64,000 nucleotides of DNA from positions 1,824,001 to 1,888,000 of the forward strand of contig CAVSCK010000004.1 in the NCBI GenBank assembly GCA_963726455.1, read 5' to 3'. How positions within the stretch are numbered: the first letter of the stretch is position 1; each line of letters starts with the position of its first letter. The notes under the pieces were generated by a model that was not told the origin of the DNA, ran no database searches, and saw nothing but the letters and a program-made list of their open reading frames with translations. Shown here one piece after another: positions 1-10,200 of the stretch. A program made the position numbers and the translations under genes. The DNA comes from an uncultured bacterium. GTDB taxonomy: Bacteria > Zixibacteria > MSB-5A5 > CAIYYT01.

Positions 1-10
1 CGTCGAAGTT

Positions 11-1111
11 ATGAAGGTCAGCGCCAAGGGTACTTTCGTCGTCAGATCGTGGGATCGCAATAACGAGCGCTCAGCGTATTTTTCCGCTTCGCCTGTAACT
101 GTTAAGGCAGCGCAGGGCGGACTGACTTTACTCGACCAAAATGGTAACGTGCTCGAACAACATCTTAAGAAAGTTACGGTAGCCGCCGCCAAGAAGACCT
201 GGCTCTATCTTAACGATCATATGTTCCGAGGGATTTTCGAATTCCACCCCGTTGCCCACGACACCTTCTACACGGTCAATATCCTGAATATGGAGGACTA
301 TCTGCGCGGCGTCCTGCAGCCGGAAATCGGCAATCGCACCAATGACGAATTCGAAGCCGTAAAGGCACAGGCCGTGGCCGCCAGGACTTACGCGTTCGTA
401 ACGAGAAACAAATATCCCGATCGTGAGTACGACCTTATCAATGACATTGTCGATCAGGTCTATATCGGCGTCGCCGGCGAACAGAACATCACCAATCGAG
501 CTGTCAAACAGACACGCGGAGAAGTATTGACATATGGAGACAGTCTCATCGATGCCTATTATCACTCGACTTGTGCCGGACATACCGACAATATCGAGGA
601 CGTCTGGGAGAAGGGCGCCCGCCCCTATTTGATCGGTGTCGACGATGACGAATTCTGCAAATGGTCGAAATACTACGAGTGGGTCGAGCAATTTTCCGTG
701 AGCGAATTTCTCGGTCACGTTCGCACCTACCTGCGAACTACCAACGGCGAAGCCCACAAGATCGGCGAGACTTTAGCTGATGCCACCCTGGGCGACCGCA
801 CGCCGGGCAACCGCCTGAAGTCTATTACGATCACTACTAATAAAGGCAGCGTCGTTCTGCTCCGAGACCAGATTCGTTGGGCGATCGGCCGGCATGACAA
901 ACCCGGTATTCTGCCGTCCACTAATTTCCAGATATTTCTTGATCGTGACTCCAATAACGTCCTGCAAACAGTTCGCATAACCGGCAACGGCTATGGACAT
1001 GGCGTCGGAATGTGCCAGTGCGGGGCCATCGGCCGGGCGCGGGCGGGCGCAGATTACCGGCAAATCCTAACTCATTACTATACCGGCGTTAGCATACAAA
1101 AGCTGTATTGA
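11..1111 (+). CDS. SpoIID/LytB-domain protein (peptidoglycan lytic transglycosylase family); may be 5'-truncated by the window edge
   Basis: Motifs EDYLRGVL.PEI, EAVKAQAVAARTYA, YYHSTCAGHT, GYGHGVGMCQ.GA and ILTHYY. The frame is open upstream of position 11. Confidence 0.9.
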   Translation: MKVSAKGTFVVRSWDRNNERSAYFSASPVTVKAAQGGLTLLDQNGNVLEQHLKKVTVAAAKKTWLYLNDHMFRGIFEFHPVAHDTFYTVNILNMEDYLRGVLQPEIGNRTNDEFEAVKAQAVAARTYAFVTRNKYPDREYDLINDIVDQVYIGVAGEQNITNRAVKQTRGEVLTYGDSLIDAYYHSTCAGHTDNIEDVWEKGARPYLIGVDDDEFCKWSKYYEWVEQFSVSEFLGHVRTYLRTTNGEAHKIGETLADATLGDRTPGNRLKSITITTNKGSVVLLRDQIRWAIGRHDKPGILPSTNFQIFLDRDSNNVLQTVRITGNGYGHGVGMCQCGAIGRARAGADYRQILTHYYTGVSIQKLY

Positions 1112-1144
1112 GAGCGCCTCTTCAGGCCGATATCTATAATAGAT

Positions 1145-2734
1145 ATGGGCCAAAATCGTTTCTTTCTTTTCACATTGGCATTCGTTGTCACAATTGCCTT
1201 GGCTACTGCCCAGGCCGGCATCAAGGATCGCCCCTATTCGATCTACTTTGTCTTTGGGGGCGCACAACCGGTCCTGAACAATACCGGTCAAATGTGGTTG
1301 TTGTCGCCACAGTACGGCGGCAACCTTCAGTACATGCTGTCGCAACAAACCGGGATCGTCGCCACATTCCGATACACCAATGTTAACAATGACTCGCTCG
1401 GCACTCCCAGCTTGCGCACCGGTCTCGAACGGGCCAACCGCAAATGGTCAATCACTTCCCTGTCCGTCGGTCCCAAATTCTACCTTCATCGCCGCAAGGG
1501 ACTCGCGCCTTATCTGGTCATGACTGCGGATGCCATCAGTTGGAACGTTGTCAATCGGGCAAACAATCAGGCAGTACTGGTTACCAGTCTCGACGGTGGC
1601 ACGACTTCTTATTCGGCCTGGGAGTTGGGCGGAACTGGAGGCCTCGGCCTCGAAAAGCTATTCGGCCAAAGAGTCGGGTTCAGCATCGAAGCGGACTTCT
1701 CATATCTCACGGGAGTCAACACGAATTTTGCACCATCAGTAGTGAACTCACGCTCGCGCGGCGTGCTGCAGATCGTAGCCGCTCTGTCCGTACATTTCGG
1801 CGGCAAGTCAAAGCGATTGCTGGGCAGGTTCGAAGAAGAAAACAGATTCATGCCCCCTGCCTATGCCCATCATATTTATCGTGGCGAGATTGACCGCGTT
1901 ACCGCCGATACCGTCTTCATCGACGAAGCCCGCGTCATCAGCAACAGGCCATTCGTGCCCATCACCGGCGGCAATACTTCTCCCGAACAGGACGGTGATC
2001 GTGACGGCGTTGTTGACCGCGTCGACAAATGCCCCGACACTCCGATCGGCGCGTTTGTTGACTCCACTGGCTGCCCGAACGATAGCGACCGCGACGGAGT
2101 CTTTGACGGCATCGATGAATGTCCAAGCACCCCCACGGAGGCCATCCGTTTTGTCGATCAGTCGGGCTGCCCTATCGATTTTGACAATGACGAAGTTCCG
2201 GACTATCTCGATGACTGCCCCGACACTCCCTTTGGCGCAACTGTCGATTCCAGGGGATGCCCCGTCGATGGCGACAAAGATGGAGTCTCCGACGGAGTCG
2301 ATCTGTGCCCGGATACGCCTCTTGGCGTTCCCATCGACAACAAGGGTTGTCCCGATATGGCGAGCATGTTTTATACGCGCATATTGCGTCCGACTTACGC
2401 CGAAGGCAAAACGATCCTCACCGGCGACGTTCTCGCTTCACTGGATTCGGTCGCGCGCTACCTGCAATCCTTCCCGGACGTCTCCGGCAACATATCCGGT
2501 TATACCGAGGATGCCGGTCCAGCCGAGGAGAATCGCCAGATTTCGTGGAAACGCGCCGAAGCGATCAAACAGTTTCTGGTTGCCAAAGGTGTGGCCGCCG
2601 TCAGACTCCAGGCTATCGGCTACGGCGAAGCGCATTCAATCGACACCAACCGCACGCTAACGGGCAGTGAGCGTAACCGCCGCATCGAAATTGAATTCAA
2701 TTATCCGTGGAATTTCGAACGTCACCTGCGATAA
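1145..2734 (+). CDS. OmpA-family outer-membrane protein with thrombospondin type-3 (Ca-binding) repeats
   Basis: Signal peptide, N-terminal beta-barrel-like region, repeated D.D.DGV.D..D.CP.TP units, and an OmpA C-terminal domain (GYTE..G, S.KRAEAIK, GYGE, NRRIEI). Confidence 0.9.
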   Translation: MGQNRFFLFTLAFVVTIALATAQAGIKDRPYSIYFVFGGAQPVLNNTGQMWLLSPQYGGNLQYMLSQQTGIVATFRYTNVNNDSLGTPSLRTGLERANRKWSITSLSVGPKFYLHRRKGLAPYLVMTADAISWNVVNRANNQAVLVTSLDGGTTSYSAWELGGTGGLGLEKLFGQRVGFSIEADFSYLTGVNTNFAPSVVNSRSRGVLQIVAALSVHFGGKSKRLLGRFEEENRFMPPAYAHHIYRGEIDRVTADTVFIDEARVISNRPFVPITGGNTSPEQDGDRDGVVDRVDKCPDTPIGAFVDSTGCPNDSDRDGVFDGIDECPSTPTEAIRFVDQSGCPIDFDNDEVPDYLDDCPDTPFGATVDSRGCPVDGDKDGVSDGVDLCPDTPLGVPIDNKGCPDMASMFYTRILRPTYAEGKTILTGDVLASLDSVARYLQSFPDVSGNISGYTEDAGPAEENRQISWKRAEAIKQFLVAKGVAAVRLQAIGYGEAHSIDTNRTLTGSERNRRIEIEFNYPWNFERHLR

Positions 2735-2749
2735 AAACATATCCAAAAT

Positions 2750-2775
2750 AAAAAGGCAGGTCGCGGGACCTGCCT
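2750..2775 (-). terminator. Rho-independent terminator between convergent ompA-like and ppiD-like genes
   Basis: AGGCAGGTC-gcgg-GACCTGCCT stem, with an A-run on the left that gives a U-tract on the minus strand. Confidence 0.75.
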
Positions 2776-2800
2776 CACATGTCTATTATCTGGAATACGA

Positions 2801-4624
2801 CTACATCTGGTCGCCGAAATGATCTTTGCGATAATCCTTGACCTGAGACTGGTCGCGGACTTTGGTAAACCACTGATCCCATAAAGCATTCTGTTCGGTG
2901 GACACGTCCTGCGTTCTCAGTGTGTCGCGTTGAGCTGCAAAGCCGTCAAGACTGGCAGCCAGTTTCTCTTTGAATTCCATAACGGCTGCGCCCGACTGCG
3001 TCACCACTGGTTTTGAATACCGATTTGCTGCCGACAGAGAGAAAGCGGAGCCGATAAAATTCGGGTCCTGGCCGATATTCGCAATGCGTCCGGACCTCGC
3101 GAAGAAGCCCGATTCCGCAAAAGTGGCTCCCTGTGCCTTCGCGGCATCAGCCAACGTAGTACCGCCCATCACGGCGTTATAAATCACTTCGGCGCGAGCA
3201 TACGCCATCTTCTTCTGCTGTTCGGTCTTGAGGTTACGTTCGATCAGGGAAGCGACTTCGTCAAGCGTTGAGGTTCCGGCCGGGACCATGCGTTCGGTGC
3301 GGAAAACATAGAACGCGTCCGGACGGTCATAGACTTGCGAAAATGAACCCGGATTGGATTCAAAGATGAATTTCTCAAGGTCGGGATCTTTGCCGATTCC
3401 GCTTACGCCGCCGCCGTGGAATAGGCGGCGCTGCGTCTCTTCCGTCAGATTATACTGCTTCAAAAGCGCTGAGTAATTGCCCTGGTTTACCTCATCACGG
3501 AAACTCTGTACCCGCTGTCTTTCGGCATCTACTGTCTCCGGAGATGGACTAACCTTAATCAAAATGTGGGCCGCATTGACTTCTTCCTTGCCGTTGGTCA
3601 TGCGCGAGCCCTTGCGGTACATCATGTGGTAGCCAAATTGAGTCTTGATCGGGCCCGCGATTGTGCTGTCCTTCATCGAGAAAATTGCACTGTCAAACGG
3701 AGCTACCATCTGGCCGCGGCCAAACCACCCCAAATCGCCGCCGTTGTCCTTGCCCGAAGGATCCTGCGTCTTCTCAGCCGCAAGTGTCGCGAAATCCGCG
3801 CCCTTGTCCAGTTGATCCTTTATTGAATTGATCTCCGCCAGCGCGGTGGCATTATCAGATTCTGACGGCGATTTGGCCGCCTTAATGACCGTGTAATATG
3901 CCTGCTCCTGCGCCTTGAACTCGTCCAAATGGCTGTTGTAATATGCCTCAACCTGTGAACGGTCAATCTTGATGGCCGTGATGTCGAAGAGACTCAACGG
4001 CACCAATGCATAGTCGACTTTGATGCGCTCGTTGTCGCGCAGGTACTTCTCCTGCAACTCAGCGTCACTAACGCGAACCATGCTGCCGATATATTCCTGC
4101 AGTTTGAAAGTCGACAACTGTCCGCGCATCATCGCTTCCACCTGTGCCCACAGTTGGGCAAACTGCGGATCGCTCATCGCAGCCAGGTATTTCTGATAGT
4201 CGAACTTGCCGTTGGTCTGGAACTGCTGCACCTGCTGGACTTGTTGCGGCGGATAGCGTCTGATGAAATCGACCAGTTCAGGATCGGTAAGCTTGAGCTG
4301 TCTCTTGTCTATTTCTTTTTGTTGAATCAGCGAAACGACAAAATCGTTCCAAATCTGTTGGCGCGCCTGACGATAATCAGCTTCCGTAAAGTCCTTCTCT
4401 GGATTCTTCTGTCTTTCGTTCTCGACGTACTGATCAGTCGCCTGGTTAAAGTTCGTCAACGGAATGTCCTTGCCGTCCACGGAACCGACTACGTTCGACG
4501 GCGCCTTACCTCCACCGCGCGTACCCGTAATATCTGCGCCCCAGGCAAAGATGATTGTGCCAATGAAGGCGATTACAATTACCCAAATGATAATCTTAGT
4601 GTTATTGCGCAAAACCTGCATCAT
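2801..4624 (-). CDS. ppiD: PpiD-like periplasmic chaperone (SurA N-terminal domain plus parvulin PPIase)
   Basis: N-terminal membrane anchor (MMQVLRN..KIIIW) and parvulin motifs DFATLA, GGDLGWF.RGQMV..F and KTQFGYH. Confidence 0.8.
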   Translation of the reverse strand: MMQVLRNNTKIIIWVIVIAFIGTIIFAWGADITGTRGGGKAPSNVVGSVDGKDIPLTNFNQATDQYVENERQKNPEKDFTEADYRQARQQIWNDFVVSLIQQKEIDKRQLKLTDPELVDFIRRYPPQQVQQVQQFQTNGKFDYQKYLAAMSDPQFAQLWAQVEAMMRGQLSTFKLQEYIGSMVRVSDAELQEKYLRDNERIKVDYALVPLSLFDITAIKIDRSQVEAYYNSHLDEFKAQEQAYYTVIKAAKSPSESDNATALAEINSIKDQLDKGADFATLAAEKTQDPSGKDNGGDLGWFGRGQMVAPFDSAIFSMKDSTIAGPIKTQFGYHMMYRKGSRMTNGKEEVNAAHILIKVSPSPETVDAERQRVQSFRDEVNQGNYSALLKQYNLTEETQRRLFHGGGVSGIGKDPDLEKFIFESNPGSFSQVYDRPDAFYVFRTERMVPAGTSTLDEVASLIERNLKTEQQKKMAYARAEVIYNAVMGGTTLADAAKAQGATFAESGFFARSGRIANIGQDPNFIGSAFSLSAANRYSKPVVTQSGAAVMEFKEKLAASLDGFAAQRDTLRTQDVSTEQNALWDQWFTKVRDQSQVKDYRKDHFGDQM

Positions 4625-4903
4625 AAGACTTGTCTTCCTCCAAGAATCAACGCCAAAGTCTTACAATATATCAAAAAGCCCGGCCCCGACAAGGAAAAAC
4701 TTGCAACAATATGTGATTCAAACGATTAGTGTAATCTCGGCCAACTCGAAGCGGGCATGACATGTCAACACGCCCTGACGTCACGTAAATCAGCATCTGA
4801 TAATCTTACAACTAATCGACTGGCCCGTTTCAGAATGGCCTGAGTCTTAAATGCCTGATCGCCTCGCCTGATTCGTCGAACTGCCGGCCAACTCAAGTGC
4901 GAT

Positions 4904-4932
4904 TTTCGACCAAATGACCAAATTGGTCGAAA
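4904..4932. promoter_or_regulatory. Probable TetR operator (inverted repeat)
   Basis: TTTCGACCAA-N9-TTGGTCGAAA, with a nested GACCAA-a-TTGGTC, 12 bp upstream of the TetR start codon. Confidence 0.65.
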
Positions 4933-4944
4933 CGTACAAGAAAC

Positions 4945-5616
4945 GTGAAGGCATCTGATTCGACAGCGCAAAACACGCGGGCGCAAATTCTTGAGGCGGC
5001 AGAGCATCTGTTTGTCCGCTTCGGGTTCGCCAAAGTCACAATGGAAGAGATCGCGTCTGGCGCGGGGCTCGGGAAGGCGTCTCTCTACTACTACTTTCCC
5101 ACCAAGGACGATCTCTTTCGCGCAGTGGTAGAACCAAAGCACCGGATATTCGAACAGCGCGTCCAACAAATTCTCAAGAACGGTCACAAACCTGCGGACC
5201 AGATAGAGGCGTATGTCGACGCCCGATTTGACTTCTTCAAGGAATTGCTCGAGCTGAACGTCATTGATATCCAGTCTATGACCAAGGGCTCACCTTCATT
5301 GAGCGCAATCTTTCAGCGGTATGCCCGTCAGGAATTGTTATGGCTGCGTAAGTTGTTTAAAGGTGGGCGAACCGGTGATGAATTCGGGTTTCCTCCAAAT
5401 GCCAAAGTGCCGGAAACGCTGCTGCACGTCATGCAAGGGTTGCGGCTTCGATTCGTGCGCGAACATCAGAACACACGTCCCGGGTTTGCGGCGTTCGCGC
5501 AACTCAGGCGTGAAGTGAGGTTCGTGACCAGAACGTTCGTTGTCGGTCTTGGCAATGGAAGCTTCGACGGCGGGCGGGAGCGGGGGGAGACTAACAGAGT
5601 CCAGGGAGATGTGTAT
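4945..5616 (+). CDS. TetR/AcrR-family transcriptional regulator; as given it runs in frame into the next gene with no stop
   Basis: HTH motif RAQILEAAEHLFVRFGF..VTMEEIA..AGLGKASLYYYFPTKDDLF. The 3' end is uncertain; an out-of-frame TAA lies at 5592-5594 after a G6 run. Confidence 0.85.
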
Positions 5617-6666
5617 ATGAAGACGCAAACAAAAATAGTCCTGCTACTAGTTCCGGTGCTGATCGTAGCCCTGGTCTATTTGCGGATTTCCGGCTCGGAA
5701 TCAGCCGGAACCGCACGCAAACAGGGGGCAATAATTGTAAAGGTCGATTTCCCCAGGCGGGAGACGATGACTCAAGTTCTACAATTGACCGGCGATGTCC
5801 TGCCGATTCAGCAGGCCATGGTCTATTCCCGTGTTCCGGGCACTCTGGAAAAGGTACTTGTCAACATGGGGGATCACGTTCGAGCCAATCAACTGCTCGC
5901 CAGTATTGACACGACCGAATTGGCTCAACAATACCGACAGGCACAGGCCACTTACGCCAATGATTCCATACTCTTTGAGCGGTCAAAGGCATTACTGCAA
6001 CAAAATCTGGCGACTCAGCAGGACTTTGACAATGCGGAAACCGCCTTTAAAGTCGCCCGATCGACCGCACAAACGGCAGAGACTCAACTGCAATATTCGC
6101 AGATCATGGCGCCGTTTTCTGGTTACGTGACCAGGCGATTTCTGGATCCGGGAGCTTTGGTCAATTCAAACAACCTGACGCTATTTACCGTGATGGATAT
6201 CGACTCCATCAAACTTCTCGTTAATGTGCTTGAAAAGGATGTTCCCCGAATCGGGGTCGGAACCAAGGCCGCCATCACCGTGGACGCTTACCCTGGGCGT
6301 GAATTCGTCGGCAGGATCGCCCGTATCGCGCAATCTCTTGATTTGTCGACGCGCACCATGCCCGTGGAAATTGATGTCCCGAACACGGATCTAATCTTGA
6401 AACCCGGCATGTTTGCCTCGGTGTCGTTAATCGTCAAGGAGCAGGACAATGCGCTCACAGTTCCGACCCAGGCCTTGCTGAAAGATACGACCGGCACTTT
6501 TGTTTTCGTCGCGAGTAAGGGTGTTGCGCGACGCACCACAGTTTCACCGGGGGTGGAACAGTCATCGCGCACCGAAATTCTCACCGGACTTGATGACAAA
6601 GACAGCGTAATCACGACGGGGCAGCAGTACATCCGGGACGGCGGGCCCATCAATATTCAGCCGTAG
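5617..6666 (+). CDS. RND efflux periplasmic adaptor (membrane fusion protein)
   Basis: Own SD (GGGAG) before the ATG at 5617, an N-terminal hydrophobic anchor, and motifs G.V..V.V..GD.V, I.APFSG.V, LKPGMFA and ILTGL...D.VIT.G. Confidence 0.9.
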   Translation: MKTQTKIVLLLVPVLIVALVYLRISGSESAGTARKQGAIIVKVDFPRRETMTQVLQLTGDVLPIQQAMVYSRVPGTLEKVLVNMGDHVRANQLLASIDTTELAQQYRQAQATYANDSILFERSKALLQQNLATQQDFDNAETAFKVARSTAQTAETQLQYSQIMAPFSGYVTRRFLDPGALVNSNNLTLFTVMDIDSIKLLVNVLEKDVPRIGVGTKAAITVDAYPGREFVGRIARIAQSLDLSTRTMPVEIDVPNTDLILKPGMFASVSLIVKEQDNALTVPTQALLKDTTGTFVFVASKGVARRTTVSPGVEQSSRTEILTGLDDKDSVITTGQQYIRDGGPINIQP

Positions 6667-6678
6667 GCGAAATCAAGT

Positions 6679-9600
6679 ATGTGGCTCACGCGACTGGCGC
6701 TCCGCTATCCTATTTCGACGTTTCTCATTGCGGTGACCATTCTCGTAATGGGAGTCGTCTCCTTCACCCAACTGCCCATTGATCTGCTTCCCAATATCAC
6801 GATTCCGGTGGTTTCGACGATCACATTCTATTCCGGCGCCAGCCCGCTCGACATGGAGCAGACGGTTACGGTTCCGACCGAACGCGCGGTTAGTTCCGTC
6901 AATGACGTCAGCTATGTTCAGTCCACGACACGCGAAGGAATCTCGCAGGTCCGGGTAAATTTCAATTGGGATGCCAATCTCGATGTCGGCCTGGTCGACA
7001 TTGTTCAGCGCGTAAACCGTATCCTTAACCAGATGCCCACCGGGGTATCGCAACCGGTAGTAGTGCGTTTCGACCTGACGACGATTCCCGTCTGCAACAT
7101 TGCCATTGCCGGAAACATGGATGAGCGCGATCTCTACGACTTGGCGCTGAATACCATCGAGCCGCAAATTGAGCACCTCAACGGCGTGGCTTCGGCGCAG
7201 GTATCTGGCGGACGTATCAGGGAAATCCACGTGCTGCTGGATCGTGATCGCATCCTGGCCATGCAACTTCCCGTGCAGTCGATCATCAACGCGGTTGCCA
7301 GTTCCAATCTGATCATTCCCTCAGGCGATCTCAAGACCGGACCGTTCGACTACTCACTCAAAACGGAGAGTCGCTTCAACGTGGTCAAACCGCTTGAAGA
7401 CGTTGTCATCAAGACGGTGAACGGAGTCCCGATCAGAATTCGTGATATCGGCAAGGTGGAAGACTCCTATCAGGACCAAACGGAAGTGGTTCGCATTAAC
7501 GGCGAGCCGGGCGTCAATCTCAGCGTGCAGAAGCTGGCAAATGCCAACACCATTCAGGTGGTTGACAACGTCTTGCATTCGCTGCCCAAGCTGGTCGGCG
7601 TCCCTGAGAATGTCAAAATGTCGCTGTCTTTCGACCAGTCGGTTTACATCAAACAAACTATCACCGGCCTTCAGCACGAGGCGTTGATCGGCGCTTTGCT
7701 GGCGATGCTCATTATTATGGCGTTTCTGCGGAATATCCGGGGCACCCTGATCATCATCGTAGCCATCCCGCTGTCGATCCTCATAGCGTTCATCTGGTTT
7801 AGATTCGGCAACGTTACGCTCAACATCATGACCTTTGGAGGTCTTGCGCTTGCCGTCGGTCGACTTGTGGATGACTCGATTGTCGAGCTGGAGGCGATTT
7901 CCCGGCATTACAACGAACGCCAGGAAGGGCTCAGCAAACTCCAGGCGACACTTGACGCCGCGCGGGAAGTTGCCTCGCCGATCTTCGTTTCCACGCTCAG
8001 TACGGTTATCGTGTTCCTGCCGATCATTTTCACAACCGGCCTCGCGAAACTCTTGTTCGTGCCTCTCGCCACCACGATTTCAGTAGCGCTCTTCGGTTCA
8101 TTCTTCATCTCGCGAACCGTGACGCCGTTGATGTGCCTGAATTTCCTCCCGCCGGAAAAGCATTTGAATCGTGAGTCCGTAAGGCCTTCCGATCGAATTC
8201 GCGTGGTGGCCCACGACGCCATCGAGTCACTCGATCACTGGTATGGCGTCCGCTTGCGCTGGGCGTTGAGCCATCGCAAACTCATCATCATTACAATTGT
8301 GGGAGCGAGTGTCTTGTCATTGGGCTTGTTCAAGTTCATTGGCACCGAATTCTTCCCCGATCAGGATGAAGGCCAGTTTGCCGTATCCGCAAAGCTCCCG
8401 GTCGGGACACGCACCGAGGTTACGGAGGCCCTGGTCGCTAAAATTGAAAACGTCCTGCGAGCCAATGTGCCCGAGATGCAAACCATGATCTCCGACATCG
8501 GCGTGCCTTCCGCGCGCAGTGGAACGCTGTTCAGCCGCAACACCGGCACGCACGCTGCCAATATCCGCGTGGCGCTCGTTCCCGCTAGCGAGCGAAAACG
8601 CTCGGAATTCGACATTGTGAAAGCAGTGCGACCGAAACTCATGACGATTCCGGGCGCCCAAATCTATGTCAGTCCTGGCGGCTTTCTGAGATTCCTGCTG
8701 AATTTCGGATCGTCCGCTCCGATCGATGTCGAGGTTCATGGATTTGACCTCGCGACCGGATCGGCGCTCTCCAAGAAAGTCGCCGCAATCGTTCGATCGG
8801 TTCCCGGAACTACTGATGTTCAGGTGAGCCGGGAAGATGATCTTCCAGAGCTTCGAATCAGGATCGATCGCGTGCGCGCTGGCGTTCTCGGCATCAGCGT
8901 GGGCGATATCGCGAACACGATCAACACGCTCATCGATGGCAGCGTCGCCTCGTTGTATACCGATCCCGACAATGGTAATCAATACAATATTCTCGTGCGC
9001 TTGAGCGAGGACTACCGATCTCATATCGAGGATCTGCAGAGCATAGTTCTCACGACCTCCAGCGGACAGCAGGTGCTGTTGGGAAACGTAGCGACCATTG
9101 AGCGCACGGCCTCGCCGGTAGAAATCGATCGCAAGTATCAGCAGCGACTGGTCGAAGTCACCGGCAACGTGCAGGGCCGCGACCTAGGAAGTGTTTCCAA
9201 AGACATTCAGAATCAATTGGATACTCTGTCGATCCCGCCCGGTTTTGAAGTCGTGCAGACCGGCAACGTCGAACAGCAACAGGAAACCTTTAAGGTTCTA
9301 CTGCTCGCTCTCCTTCTGGCAGTGCTCTTGGTGTATGTGGTGATGGCATCACAATTCCAGTCGCTCGTAGACCCGTTCATTATAATGTTTACCGTGCCGC
9401 TCGGCGTCGTGGGCGTGCTGTGGACACTATTCTTAACCAACACCACATTGTCGGTGACGTCTTTTCAGGGAGTCATCATCATGATCGGCATTGTAGTCAG
9501 TAACGGCGTGCTTCTGGTAGACTACACCAATCGACTGCGCCGCAGCGGCGTGCCGCTTCATGACGCGGTCCTGAGAGGCGGAATTACCCGACTGAAGCCC

Positions 9601-9810
9601 ATTATAATGACTACTCTGGCAACCGTCCTTGGCCTGATCCCAATGGCAATTGGACTGGGCGGCGAATCGACCCAGGCGCCGCTCGCCATCGCCGTAATCG
9701 GCGGCCTGACCATTTCCTCGGCACTGACCCTATTCTTCATTCCAGTGCTCTATACCATCTTCGAAGAGAAGTTCCGCCGCGAACTGAAAGCGCCGATCGA
9801 GCCCAACTGA
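6679..9810 (+). CDS. RND efflux permease (AcrB/AcrD/AcrF family)
   Basis: 1043 aa; LPIDLLP, GRLVDDSIV, VFLP, FFP.QDEG and RLKPIIMTT motifs in the two-halves RND layout. Confidence 0.95.
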   Translation: MWLTRLALRYPISTFLIAVTILVMGVVSFTQLPIDLLPNITIPVVSTITFYSGASPLDMEQTVTVPTERAVSSVNDVSYVQSTTREGISQVRVNFNWDANLDVGLVDIVQRVNRILNQMPTGVSQPVVVRFDLTTIPVCNIAIAGNMDERDLYDLALNTIEPQIEHLNGVASAQVSGGRIREIHVLLDRDRILAMQLPVQSIINAVASSNLIIPSGDLKTGPFDYSLKTESRFNVVKPLEDVVIKTVNGVPIRIRDIGKVEDSYQDQTEVVRINGEPGVNLSVQKLANANTIQVVDNVLHSLPKLVGVPENVKMSLSFDQSVYIKQTITGLQHEALIGALLAMLIIMAFLRNIRGTLIIIVAIPLSILIAFIWFRFGNVTLNIMTFGGLALAVGRLVDDSIVELEAISRHYNERQEGLSKLQATLDAAREVASPIFVSTLSTVIVFLPIIFTTGLAKLLFVPLATTISVALFGSFFISRTVTPLMCLNFLPPEKHLNRESVRPSDRIRVVAHDAIESLDHWYGVRLRWALSHRKLIIITIVGASVLSLGLFKFIGTEFFPDQDEGQFAVSAKLPVGTRTEVTEALVAKIENVLRANVPEMQTMISDIGVPSARSGTLFSRNTGTHAANIRVALVPASERKRSEFDIVKAVRPKLMTIPGAQIYVSPGGFLRFLLNFGSSAPIDVEVHGFDLATGSALSKKVAAIVRSVPGTTDVQVSREDDLPELRIRIDRVRAGVLGISVGDIANTINTLIDGSVASLYTDPDNGNQYNILVRLSEDYRSHIEDLQSIVLTTSSGQQVLLGNVATIERTASPVEIDRKYQQRLVEVTGNVQGRDLGSVSKDIQNQLDTLSIPPGFEVVQTGNVEQQQETFKVLLLALLLAVLLVYVVMASQFQSLVDPFIIMFTVPLGVVGVLWTLFLTNTTLSVTSFQGVIIMIGIVVSNGVLLVDYTNRLRRSGVPLHDAVLRGGITRLKPIIMTTLATVLGLIPMAIGLGGESTQAPLAIAVIGGLTISSALTLFFIPVLYTIFEEKFRRELKAPIEPN

Positions 9811-9908
9811 GGACCTGCGGTGCTCACACTTCGGTAAAGTGAACAGATTTTGTCCTGTTCCTGACCAGCGAATGTTCAATATTCATCCACTTTTATCCGT
9901 CATTTTTC

Positions 9909-9932
9909 ACGTAGATTCGAGTTAATCTACGT
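9909..9932. promoter_or_regulatory. Inverted repeat upstream of the cytochrome operon (candidate regulator site)
   Basis: ACGTAGATT-cgagtt-AATCTACGT in an AT-rich intergenic region. Confidence 0.4.
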
Positions 9933-10200
9933 ATCATTCTGGTTGTTTTTATTTGTCCAAAAACTCGACGGCAAGTCGATCGGAATTGCGAGAATTAATA
10001 TCCTCTATCGTGCCTGTAAGTCGTTGAAATTCAACTTTGAACTTAATTTTGGAGCTGTTACGTCCGATATGTTTCAGAGAGGAAATCTCCTCAGGCGATT
10101 TTTTTCTTTCGGTCGGTTTTGCACAAGTTGGGTAACATGGGCGTAAGAGATGCGTAGCGTAATCCCTGATTAGACTAGAACTTATTATCTGTAATGAGGA

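Noticed and set aside
1863-2660. 265-aa alternative-frame ORF inside the OmpA gene
   Set aside because: Low-complexity off-frame product of the TSP3 repeats.
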